Below are positions 13,227 to 23,176 of a stretch of 64,000 nucleotides of DNA, piece by piece; within the stretch, counting starts at the first letter, position 1; every line of letters begins with the position of its first letter. This stretch comes from Schizochytrium sp. TIO01 (taxonomy: Eukaryota; Protista; Bigyra: Labyrinthulomycetes): positions 3,038,001 through 3,102,000 of the forward strand of contig SMSO01000034.1 in NCBI GenBank assembly GCA_004764695.1. The letters are read 5' to 3'. The notes beneath the pieces were generated by a model. The model searched no databases, was not told where the DNA came from, and saw only the letters and a list, made by a program, of their open reading frames with translations. The position numbers were made by a program, and so were the translations under genes.

Positions 13227-15209
13227 ATGCAGGCATCGGCAGACGACCTGAGCCAGTTCGTGGAGGGCTACGACGATGATGACTTGAACTTTGGCGATCT
13301 TATAAACTCCACAGAAGGTCCTGGTGCCACAGCAAAGGCTGGTGCCGAGACTGCTAGCAGCGGAAAGCGTAAGATGCTCAAGGGTTACTCCGGAAGAGGC
13401 ATTCAGGAGCAGGATGTCCCTTCACGACTCCGTGACATGAACCAGGGATCTTTCCGCAGCGGGAAACCCACGCCAATTCACAATCGGGGCAGCCCTCAAC
13501 GTTCGAACTCATCACCTGCAGAAGTCCCCATTGTTCACATGGACAGCTTTCTTGATACGGAGCTTAACAAATACAACCGTCCAACCTCCTCTCTCGATGC
13601 CGGAGACCTTGACGACGACGACGACGATGATGACGATGACGATGACGATGGGGAGGACTATGGCGAAGAAACCCACGCCGGAGGTCGCTTTGGCAACATG
13701 CTCAGCAACGGAATGTCCAAGCTACAATCTAAGGTCATGCGCAACGCCGCGTCTGGAGAGAAGATCGATCGACGCTCTGATGTCAACCGCGTGGCTGCCA
13801 AGCCGCGCCACTGGAGCAAAGAAGAAGATGAAATGCTCAGACGCGCGGTGCAGGTCCACGGAGAGAAACAATGGAAGAAGATCGCGGAGTATGTTCCTGG
13901 TCGCAACCACACTCAGTGCTTGCAGCGATGGTCCAAGGTTCTAACGCCTGGTCTCAAGAAAGGCATGTGGAGCGAAGACGAGGATCGTTTGCTTCTACAA
14001 CTTGCGCAACAGCAACTTGATGAATGTGCTGCCAAAGGGAAGACTCGCAAAGTACAGTGGGGACTTGTGAAGAACAGTATTCCGGGACGCACCGCCAAAC
14101 AGTGCCGAGAGCGATGGGTAAATAACCTGAACCCAGATATTCGCCGCGATCCGTGGACTGAGGCGGAGGACCAGCTCATTCTCAGGCTGTACGAATCTAT
14201 GCCCAAGAAATGGGCTGCTATCTCAAAACATCTTGAGGGTCGTACTGAGAATGCTGTCAAGATTCGCTGGAAATCTCTGTCCCGAGACGGAGGCGCTTCG
14301 CGTAGCACAACGTCCACACCGCGGTCTCCGGCTTCCTCATCGTACCCGCCCGACTCTGCACCGCCTAGCCCTGGGTATCGGTCAAACATTCCCTTTGAGC
14401 AGCACGCGTTGCAGCAACAGCAGCAGCAACAACAACAACGCCAGCATATGCAGCCGAGCTACAGCCATGAGCAACAGCATCTGCATCATCCTGCTTCTGC
14501 TGCTGCTCCTGCAAGCTACCCGAGCCATCAGGGAGGCTATGAACGGGACCTCACGGTGCCAATGGCCTCGATGCGGAATTTGAGCTTTCAAGACAATCCC
14601 GAATCGTTCTACGCACGTCAGGAGTCCACAGATGACCTGGCCCCGTTGAATTATGAAGGGTATGACAGCACAATTCCCCCGCTCGAGATTTCCAAGAGCA
14701 CCAGAAATTTGCTGATCGGAAGCCCTGAACCGTACAGTGACGATGACATCCCTTACGTCAAGTCTGAACCTGGAACAAACATGTATGGCGGCCAGCGCGG
14801 TGCTTCTTCATCAGCTTCACAGAATATGCAGCACTACGCTGCTGGCACAAATGGACGTGCTCCAGCTCTATCTGGTGGTGTCGTGGGCACTGGCGAGGCA
14901 GCTAAGTCATCTGCACCGTCAAAGCGTCCATCTCTTGCTACTATGCCTATGGGAAGTGCTGGAAGCAAAATGTCGATGGGAAGTTGGCGGAGCAGCGGTC
15001 AATTCGGAAATGTCTGGGATGACGCGGAGGCACATGATTTTCTTATGGGTGGATCGGGACGTGGTGGTGCTCTCTTCGATGGACTTAATGTTGAAGGTAT
15101 TTCGTCTTCCTCTGGACCGTTTGAGTCCTCAGGTAACCTTGACGTGCACTACTCTCCGGATAACTCTAGCCCACCTAACCCCCCTCGCGAAGGGCAATAT
15201 CGTAAATGA
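13227..15209 (+). CDS. Three-repeat (R1R2R3) MYB transcription factor
   Basis: Three MYB repeats: WSKEEDEMLR..WKKIAEYVPGRNHTQCLQRW, KGMWSEDED..PGRTAKQCRERWVNNLNP, PWTEAEDQLI..WAAISKHLEGRTENAVKIRW; polyD and polyQ low-complexity regions. Confidence 0.95.
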   Translation: MQASADDLSQFVEGYDDDDLNFGDLINSTEGPGATAKAGAETASSGKRKMLKGYSGRGIQEQDVPSRLRDMNQGSFRSGKPTPIHNRGSPQRSNSSPAEVPIVHMDSFLDTELNKYNRPTSSLDAGDLDDDDDDDDDDDDDGEDYGEETHAGGRFGNMLSNGMSKLQSKVMRNAASGEKIDRRSDVNRVAAKPRHWSKEEDEMLRRAVQVHGEKQWKKIAEYVPGRNHTQCLQRWSKVLTPGLKKGMWSEDEDRLLLQLAQQQLDECAAKGKTRKVQWGLVKNSIPGRTAKQCRERWVNNLNPDIRRDPWTEAEDQLILRLYESMPKKWAAISKHLEGRTENAVKIRWKSLSRDGGASRSTTSTPRSPASSSYPPDSAPPSPGYRSNIPFEQHALQQQQQQQQQRQHMQPSYSHEQQHLHHPASAAAPASYPSHQGGYERDLTVPMASMRNLSFQDNPESFYARQESTDDLAPLNYEGYDSTIPPLEISKSTRNLLIGSPEPYSDDDIPYVKSEPGTNMYGGQRGASSSASQNMQHYAAGTNGRAPALSGGVVGTGEAAKSSAPSKRPSLATMPMGSAGSKMSMGSWRSSGQFGNVWDDAEAHDFLMGGSGRGGALFDGLNVEGISSSSGPFESSGNLDVHYSPDNSSPPNPPREGQYRK

Positions 15210-16592
15210 AAACATTAAACAGCCACTCCAACACACAACACAGCATGCAACTCCTGCATTTCCCCACCCCATAAAAGTCATGAAGGGGGTTTGTTTTAAG
15301 CAGTACAAACCAGACTTCCTCGAATGATGATATTGTTTTCGCAGAGGTCTGATGAACACACATGTTTCCCGGTTCTATGATCTCTAATGTGATTGCTTAC
15401 GTACGCAAGCACTTTTTTACTGGCTCCCTGACTTTTGTTTCTTTGTCTCTCACAAGTGCGTGTGATTGAGGAATCATTGAAGGAATGAATGTATGAATGA
15501 CAACCACTTTCCCCATCCCGCTATGCCACGAATGCCTCCTCCATTCGCCTTTGCAGCAAACAAACATATTACAAACCACGGTATAGCTAGCTTGGACCAA
15601 ACAATGCTTTGACCACAATTAGACTGTGGCTACTTTCAGCATTGGTCTCTTATTTCACGAATTCGAAAACTTCACCAAGCCAACTGCGCTATTCTCCACA
15701 TTAGTTCTTCATTAAACGACGCAGCGCATTAACTTACTACTACTTCACAAACATCAAAGCAGTAACAATAGCATCGTCACTTCTTTTGAAGAGGAAAATG
15801 AATTGATCATCTCGTTGGTCCCACTATTCAAGAAAGATTAGTTTCATACAATTAATCAAAACCCAAACTCTTAGAAGCTTGGTCTCAGAAGCTTGACAAC
15901 CGTTCGCGATTGATTCGCTTGGGCAATCCATTGTCTGACCTTGAATGCGCGCGTGTTCTACTATTGGCTAGGTGGAAGGAGACATGTTGTCGATTGCGAG
16001 GTATAATAGAGATTGACAGGAGGGTAAAAAGGAAGAGGACGGTGGGGGGGGTGATTGAGAGAATCTCTATTATGAAGACACCCAGTTGCTTGACTTGAGT
16101 TCCACAATGCATAAATGTGGAACAATCCTCATTTCTTGAACGGTCTGCTGTTCTGAATCTATAGACAAATTATTTCATTAACATTGTGCACCCGGCTCGT
16201 TTCTAGCATCACGTAACTTGCGTATTAGAATGTTTAGAATGTTTTGCATATTGCATCTGTCATACTCTTCGATTTTATTTGTTTGGTGACATGGTGCATC
16301 AACTTGTATGAGCGCATAACACAATCCTCTATATATCAAGATAGTATCATCTTAAAACTCGCGACACTCCACTGATCAAATTTGACGGCACATTAAATAG
16401 AAAACAACCAACTTTAGTCTTTCAGCAGAAAGAATTGTAGATATTTTTAGTCGGTGTTTTGGATAATTTTGTAAAAAGCAAAAAAGTAATCAATTTCCAA
16501 TTTTCAAGTTTCAAGTTTAAAACAAAATAAGGTTCAGTCAACAGGCTTGGGAATTGAGATCATATAACAAGTAATGAGATTGCACAGTGATC

Positions 16593-17939
16593 TTACTCGT
16601 TTTCCTCCAACTCCACTGACTCGATCATACGATACATCTCTTTAGCAGCATCTTTGACATCATGGAAAACCATTTGCGCAATATCTTGAGATGCATGGAT
16701 GGAATAAATGGCGGCTTGAGGAAGAGTAAACTTGAAGAAGTGCTCAATAGATTGGGCGTGTCGGGCGAGGAATTCGTACATAGCTCGTGCAAGGTCTGAG
16801 ATGACTAAAGCAGCTCCATGCATAAGTTCTTGGACTGCTGCTTCAACCTTGGGAATGAGTTTCTTTAGGCGCTCTCGTCGCCGCCTCGAACGCTCACGAG
16901 CTCTCTCTCGAACCCCTTCCCACCACTCGGCAAGACCGACAGTTTTCTCTGAAATAATCGCATGAAGATACGTAAGGAGAGTTACTAGATCTCGTTTCGT
17001 CTGCATCACAGCCTGATACAAAGTTGCTTTATGGCGACGCCACAGCTCTGGGCCATAGAGAATTGGCGTTACTGTCAAGGCAAGTCCCAACACAAATATC
17101 TGAAGCGGAAGTCGTGAGCTCAGAGTAGATTCAGCAAAGACAAGGAGAAAATAGGCCAAAGGAGCATATGCTAGAGGCTGAAGTACAAACACTGATCGAA
17201 GCTTACGATATTTGAAGCTTGCATAAATCCAGCGACCAGGAGAAACTCTATGAATAGTCTCATCCGTATCAGTTTCTGACGAAATGCTCATTCGAACACT
17301 CCGCGTTTCCCAGTCCTCATCAAAGGGAATGCCCAAGTAATTTAGAACTCTAGGGCCTTGCTTTTTATTCTTAATCGCTCGAGCAAGGGTAAGATAAGCT
17401 CCACAAATTATAGTCGGCAAGCAGACACCTGCCACGAAGAATTCCGTCGAGTTAAACTGATAAAATGGGTTTGTTCCTGCGTCGCCAAGCAGCCATATGA
17501 GATTTAACACATGCTTGTGTGTGGAAACAGGGGATATGCGGGGTAAGTTGCGATCAATGAGCAATACTTTACGGCCTATGAGCACAACAAAGTAATTAAG
17601 ATCAATCATGAGCGCAAGGACTAGTGCCGTATACATAAACCAGCGGCGAGGAGCACCCAGAGCGAGTCCCAGGGTAAACATATCGAGAGTGGACAATGCA
17701 AGGTAAAATATAGTCACGAGAAGGCTCCAGTGAGTAAATTTGAGCATCCAAGCTCCATTGTTCCAGCCATAAAAGTATCGATAGTCCAGGTAAATAGTCC
17801 ACAGTGACATGTTGAGGCTCGTCAGAATGAACGCAAAATGCACGAGTTGCGATGCAGACGCTGGTTCTGTGCCTTCAGTCCATGATTGGTAATCTCTCTC
17901 AAGCATACTCATTGTGCGCGTTGGGCTAGGGTTTGGCAT
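16593..17939 (-). CDS. Multi-pass membrane protein, AIG1/FAR-17a-like N-terminal domain plus helical C-terminal tail
   Basis: 448-aa ORF with about 6-8 hydrophobic segments; KFTHWSL and HKHVLNLIWLLGD resemble the Thr and His motifs of AIG1/ADTRP. CDS is confident, family call is tentative. Confidence 0.75.
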   Translation of the reverse strand: MPNPSPTRTMSMLERDYQSWTEGTEPASASQLVHFAFILTSLNMSLWTIYLDYRYFYGWNNGAWMLKFTHWSLLVTIFYLALSTLDMFTLGLALGAPRRWFMYTALVLALMIDLNYFVVLIGRKVLLIDRNLPRISPVSTHKHVLNLIWLLGDAGTNPFYQFNSTEFFVAGVCLPTIICGAYLTLARAIKNKKQGPRVLNYLGIPFDEDWETRSVRMSISSETDTDETIHRVSPGRWIYASFKYRKLRSVFVLQPLAYAPLAYFLLVFAESTLSSRLPLQIFVLGLALTVTPILYGPELWRRHKATLYQAVMQTKRDLVTLLTYLHAIISEKTVGLAEWWEGVRERARERSRRRRERLKKLIPKVEAAVQELMHGAALVISDLARAMYEFLARHAQSIEHFFKFTLPQAAIYSIHASQDIAQMVFHDVKDAAKEMYRMIESVELEENE

Positions 17940-19589
17940 ATGTATGCCCGTTTGCGCTTCGAGACTTGCCAGAAAGAGAGAAGCAGCGCAAAGGCTGATT
18001 TAGTCGAAAAGCGAACGATGACAAGCTCCAACCCAAAGAACTTAACCAGAAGGACCCCGAGCTAATCCTTTCGTCCTTTTTGGCCACTGAAGTTACAAGT
18101 TTGATCAGAGAGAATGATGTTCTGTGAGACGAATAATAGTTGCTTTAGCAACAGCTCAGACAAAAAGACTACACCAACAGAAAGAGACCAGCAACGCTAC
18201 AGTACGTGCTCAGATAAATACTGCTAATGCAAATCCCAATGTTGCGAATAGGAACGCCGTAAGCGGCTGAGCAATACCTAAGCACAGGCACAACTTGGCT
18301 GATCAGTTCTCTACGTTCATGCAAGGTGCCACGTAAGGTTAGGTATGACGCTGTAGTACCTCTGATGTATCTCACCCAGCGCAGGGTAGGTACACCAATA
18401 TTTTCCAATAAATACCGCACGAACACTTTGATGACTTCAGCTCCTGGGCTTTTCCAGCGGCGACCCTGGGCGGCTTTGAGCCCTCAGACCCACGCCACAA
18501 CGGGACCCTTCTTGGTCCCGACCTCAATCCACGCAAGCCTCGGCCACGAGTGTGCCGCAATGAGCGATGGCCTTTGACTATGTTCTGTCAAAAAACTAAA
18601 AACTAAATACTACCTACCGTACCTACTAGATGTACTTGATTACTCTGCGGGACCACGTAATAGTCTGCGACGCCTTCGGCAGCGAGCGAGTGAGGTCTTG
18701 CGGGCGTCTCTTCGTTTGCCACGACGCTCCGTTTCTGCGACGATGACGAATCGGCGACGCCAATTCTGAAGGGGAACGCGAGATCAAAGAAAAAGAACTT
18801 TGCTCAGCATAAATAAACGCTCAACGAACGGCGCCGCTCTCCTTGCTCCGCCTCGCTTGCACGTGCGAACGATCGCGCGGGGGCTGACTGGCGGGGCCTG
18901 CAAGGTCCAAGGCCAGCAAGATCACTGCAACAGGCCGCAGGCGCCTCCAAGGCAGGCGTGGCGGCCTCGAGGACAGCTTTGGCGGCACCGGAATCAGGTT
19001 TTGGATGGAGGGATTCTAGTTCGCCCAAACTGTTCTTTCATTTCATTTTCTGCTCTAAACTTCGAACTTTTCAAGTTCCCCGCTCTGGCATACTGCTTTG
19101 CGATGCACTTGCTTCTTTCTATCCACAGCCCCCCTCGTCCTCTCCCCACATCCGGCACGTGTTTTCCTTTTCCCTCTGCGCCTCAATTAGGAAACGATTA
19201 GGGCGGTTACCAAGGCTACGCTTTTTTGCTCGACTGTGGATGGGTTTTCGTGGGTGGCGTGATACTTAATGAGGAGGTCCCCTCCGTGAAGTCATAATCT
19301 GTGGATTAGTGTGGGGATATAGGGGCACCCGCAACGATGGCGCCAAGCGCATCCAAAGTGGCCGTGAACGAACCACTTCGATGATGATAATACGAAACGA
19401 AGCGATCAGATACTATCCATTCCGCGGTGTGTCTGCGACAAATGGCGATGGGTATCAGGCTTTGCGCTGACGATTCATTTGCGATGCTTCATTTCGCCCT
19501 TTGGAGAGGAGGTTTGCACGAGGTGTCACGAGTCGGCAGTCTTGGTAATTTCATGTTACGACAGCTGTTACAAAAGAGAAAAGTTTACC

Positions 19590-20722
19590 TCAAATTGCGC
19601 CAAGATTGCGTTGAAAACGGGGCTCTGCAGGTCGAAACGAGCGGCTTTGGGCGCCCTGGGCTTCGAGAATTGAGCTCGATTGGGTACCAAGGTCTGCCAA
19701 AAGGCAGGCTGCTTCGAGCACGCAATATGTTTCTGTCGAACCTCAATTGTGGCGATGAAAATTGTGCACGGCCGTGATGTAATGCATCATGAATGCAGCC
19801 ATGCAGCTCGCTCAAGAACGCCTGAGCGGTCAAGGGAAAACACGAGCGAGCCAGAGGGTGCAAGGAAATCCCAGACCGTTATGACTTCGATGATATGGCT
19901 AGTCTACGCTGCATTGGCTTCGTCATGAAGATCACGATGGCTAGTCCCATTCGTGATGGTGTGCACTCTCTATGAAATAGAGAAATTGAATATCGATACG
20001 ACTAGTTTGACAAAGATGCACGAACTAAACTGATCTACGGAGACTTGAACCTCATCACTAGTCAGAGGAGAAAAAACGATTGGAGGCGCAAAGCGTCTGC
20101 ATGTGACATCAAAGGGTACAGAAATATTCTCTTCGTTTGAGCAAAAGACCTGGGAAAGGTAAGTCGCTTCAAGCGTCAGAGTCTGGCACGTGCATGGCCA
20201 TACCTAGCCAAATCCAAGTCTTCTGCTTTTGTAAGCTTAAAATATGTCGCATTGTGCAATGCAATTTTCGAGTGAGACTACAAACTAAGGCTATGCGTAA
20301 GTCCAGAACTCTACTGCGCCATTAACAGCTCATTGCTGCTATGTACATGGCTTGGGCTGTTTACAGTATTGTTGTCTGTGCGTCCCGACTAGAGTCTGGT
20401 GGAGGAAAGACGATCATCGCGAAGAAGCGCTTTGAGCACACGGGTCCGTATGGAGGCTAGAGAATTAAAAATTGTTGCCAGCAAAGTTGATGTTCGAAGA
20501 CAGATCTTCGTGGCACTTGCTGGTGCTGGATATTCAAGTGATTTTGCGTAGCATAATCCAAAGCCGAGACTGTACTTAAGGAGAGATGATAAAATTCCAA
20601 TGGTGTGTACGAAAAATCAGGATTTTGTTGAGGGTGGCTTTAGTTTATATGATCTTCTGCAAAGACCATGTCTGCGAGGACTTCTGTATCACCACGGAGG
20701 GAAAACGGTGCCGATTACAGGT
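19590..20722 (+). pseudogene. Heavily decayed CX4C..CX2H (WRKY19-like zinc finger) repeat gene relic
   Basis: Scattered motif fragments in shifting frames: NCAKIALKTGLCRS (19593), KVCQKAGCFEHA (19689), CDIKG (20102), CQQS*CSKTD (20476), HGG/KRCRL (about 20690-20720). Confidence 0.4.
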
Positions 20723-21966
20723 TCCCACTGAATATCTTCGATGGAGTTCATGAGTTGATTATTCTATTGGAGTGAACTTCTTCAAGTGCCTTTTTGCTTG
20801 AGATCACCGATTCTGCGTGGATGGTAAAATACACACGTGGGTGATGGAACTTAAGTTTAAAGGAATTTTTGCTTTGGCGAATGGTTGATGATAAGCTGTG
20901 TGGATGAGCGAGCGAGTGATGAGATGCTACGGAATATATTCATCGGGATCATGCTTACAGCATTTGCACTACCCCCCTCGTGCAAGAGTGCACACGCTGT
21001 AAATGTGAAGTTAGTTGGGGTTTTTTGATTTTGATTGATTTTGAAAGTTCAAATTGCAGTTGTTCGACAATATTGGTGGTTCAAAGATTCTGAGGACATG
21101 GATAACCCTTGACTTCTCACTATGGTCAGTTGGGAGCTTGCCCGGTATGGTGTAAAATCAAACTCGAACTTGATACTACTCCAGTGTGATGTTATGAAAC
21201 ATGGAATTCTATTCATAAAGGCACATACCATATGTATAAAAACTAAGTGAGGATAGAAGTGGCAAAGATAAGAAGTTCGATGAATTTTCGACAATAAACG
21301 TCAAATATGTTTCTCGATCTTCTTCTTGGTAATACTTCAGGACTTCCAATGAAGTGTGAAGGTCTCTGACGATGCCTTATCCTTATTCATTGGTCCCTTG
21401 AACTGATGATCTGGACAGTGCAAATTTGTTTTAGGTCGCATGCATCAATCAGAAGTGTACTCTTCAATATATGAGGTATTTATAAAATCCTAACCTTAGC
21501 TGTACTCTTAGTACATGTCGTTTCCTGGTGTGCTGAAAGATGATTCTGGTCAGCTTGGGGTTGACTGAAAAATGAAGGGAAGGCCTTGATGAAGGCTTTA
21601 GAAGGTTGATTAAAGAGTTTTGCGAACTGCTGTCCTGTAGAGTGAATTCCCTGGGCGAATGGATTCATGTAGTAATTAAGGAGGCTAACACATTCTTGAA
21701 CGGTGTGGGAGGTGCCCATCGACTCAAGTTATACCATACTTAGGTCTAGGTAATGTGTAGTAACATTTTTGGTTCTTGACTTTGGCAGCCAGATTCATGT
21801 GGCTGCCTACCCCTGCTCTATTGAAACCCCTATGTCGGCAAGGGTTTTACAAAGGGGCACCAAGAACTCTAGCAAGGTTTTGTCCATAAGTTCCTTCGAT
21901 TGGAGATCTTAGCATGGTGCTATCATATGCTGTTGTAGTTTACGATTCCATTTGATAAAAGTAATC

Positions 21967-22379
21967 TTAGACGTGTCTTTTACAGTACTTTTTCCGCAAT
22001 GGAGCCCTATCTTGGCATCCATCCTTCTGACACTTTATTCTATGTTTTTGACAGAACGCTGAATTTTTGCGTCCAACACCTGACTTGCAATTGCCAAATT
22101 CGCATCGGTTAGAGTGCCTTTGACTAGCTTGGTACAGCATTCTTCTTTGCACTTAGCAGCATTAATGCGGTGCGGCGAGCAACGAAGACACCCTTTCTCG
22201 CGTCTATTCATGCAACCTTATTCTTTGCATTTTTTCTTTGTTACCTTGGGACTTGTGAAGGGCTTGCTCGCTCTGGCTCTTAGCACTCTTCTGAGTCTGA
22301 TGCGGAAAGAAGAGGAAACAGTCTTCCATGAAAACGCCAACCTTTTTCGCATAACATTCTTAGTTTCATTTTTTTTCAT
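21967..22379 (-). pseudogene. CX4C..CX2H (WRKY19-like) zinc-finger repeat pseudogene, 4 repeats
   Basis: From ATG 22379: KKKCKE*GCMNRREKGCLRCSPH, KCKEECCTKLVKG, then a frameshift to HSNRCEFGNCKSG..FCQKH and KCQKDGCQDR..YCKRHV*; premature TAA at 22218-22220. Confidence 0.65.
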
Positions 22380-22690
22380 AGAGAGAAGAGAAAGTAAAAA
22401 GGACCAACTTGTATAGTAGTCGTGATTGGCTTTCTAAATAAGAAAGGTTATGCTTCTGATGGTTCGAAGGAGTTCCTGATTTGTATTACAGAAAATTTAA
22501 CTATTTGAAAAGCGAATCATTTTAAAGGATGGCGAGTTGACACAAGCAGTACTCTTGCGGGGCAAGACTTGCGAAATTTCAATCATAAATTATTGATTTG
22601 AAGACAAAGGTTCTCTTGACAAGATGTTTGATCCAAAATTTGTTTCTGGGCATTTCGTGTGCCGTGGGTCCTAAAAGTCTACGCTCATGG

Positions 22691-23176
22691 TCATAAGGTC
22701 ATTGAGGAGAACGCAGACAACTCGGGCAAATCGCTGCTTGTTTCTACGGGCCTGATTTGGTTGTCATCAGGAATGATTTGAGTGAGGAAGTCTCGAAGAT
22801 TTTGAACTGTCTGACTCATTTGTGCTACAGTTTCCTCTAACAAAATCAATCTGCGCTCCAATCTTTCAGTATCATCAATTGCGCTTGTTCCACCAAAGGT
22901 GGTCCCATGCGAACCAAAGACATTTGACGTTGATCCAAACATACTCCCTTGGGTTCCAGATGGAACTACATACCTATGAGATCCGAAGTCGAAGTTGTTT
23001 GCTGGGACTCTACGTTTGCCGCCTGCAATGACATAATCCTCAAGGCGAAGCTGCTCAGTAGATTTATTACTATAACAAGGCATGGCTATTATGTTTATGA
23101 AAACCTCATGTGAAGAGCTCTGAGAATCAACTGTTGGGACATATGGATGAGAAGTACCGTACACAGGCGATGTCAT
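22691..23176 (-). CDS. Small (161 aa) protein with Nup98/Nup116-type GLEBS motif, a few FG dipeptides and a C-terminal coiled coil
   Basis: GTSHPYVPT..FINIIAMPCYSNKSTEQLRLEDY matches the GLEBS pattern (ITAMxxYxxKSxEELRLEDY); FDFG, MFG, VFG, TFGG; heptad segment LERRLILLEETVAQMSQTVQNL. Confidence 0.75.
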   Translation of the reverse strand: MTSPVYGTSHPYVPTVDSQSSSHEVFINIIAMPCYSNKSTEQLRLEDYVIAGGKRRVPANNFDFGSHRYVVPSGTQGSMFGSTSNVFGSHGTTFGGTSAIDDTERLERRLILLEETVAQMSQTVQNLRDFLTQIIPDDNQIRPVETSSDLPELSAFSSMTL

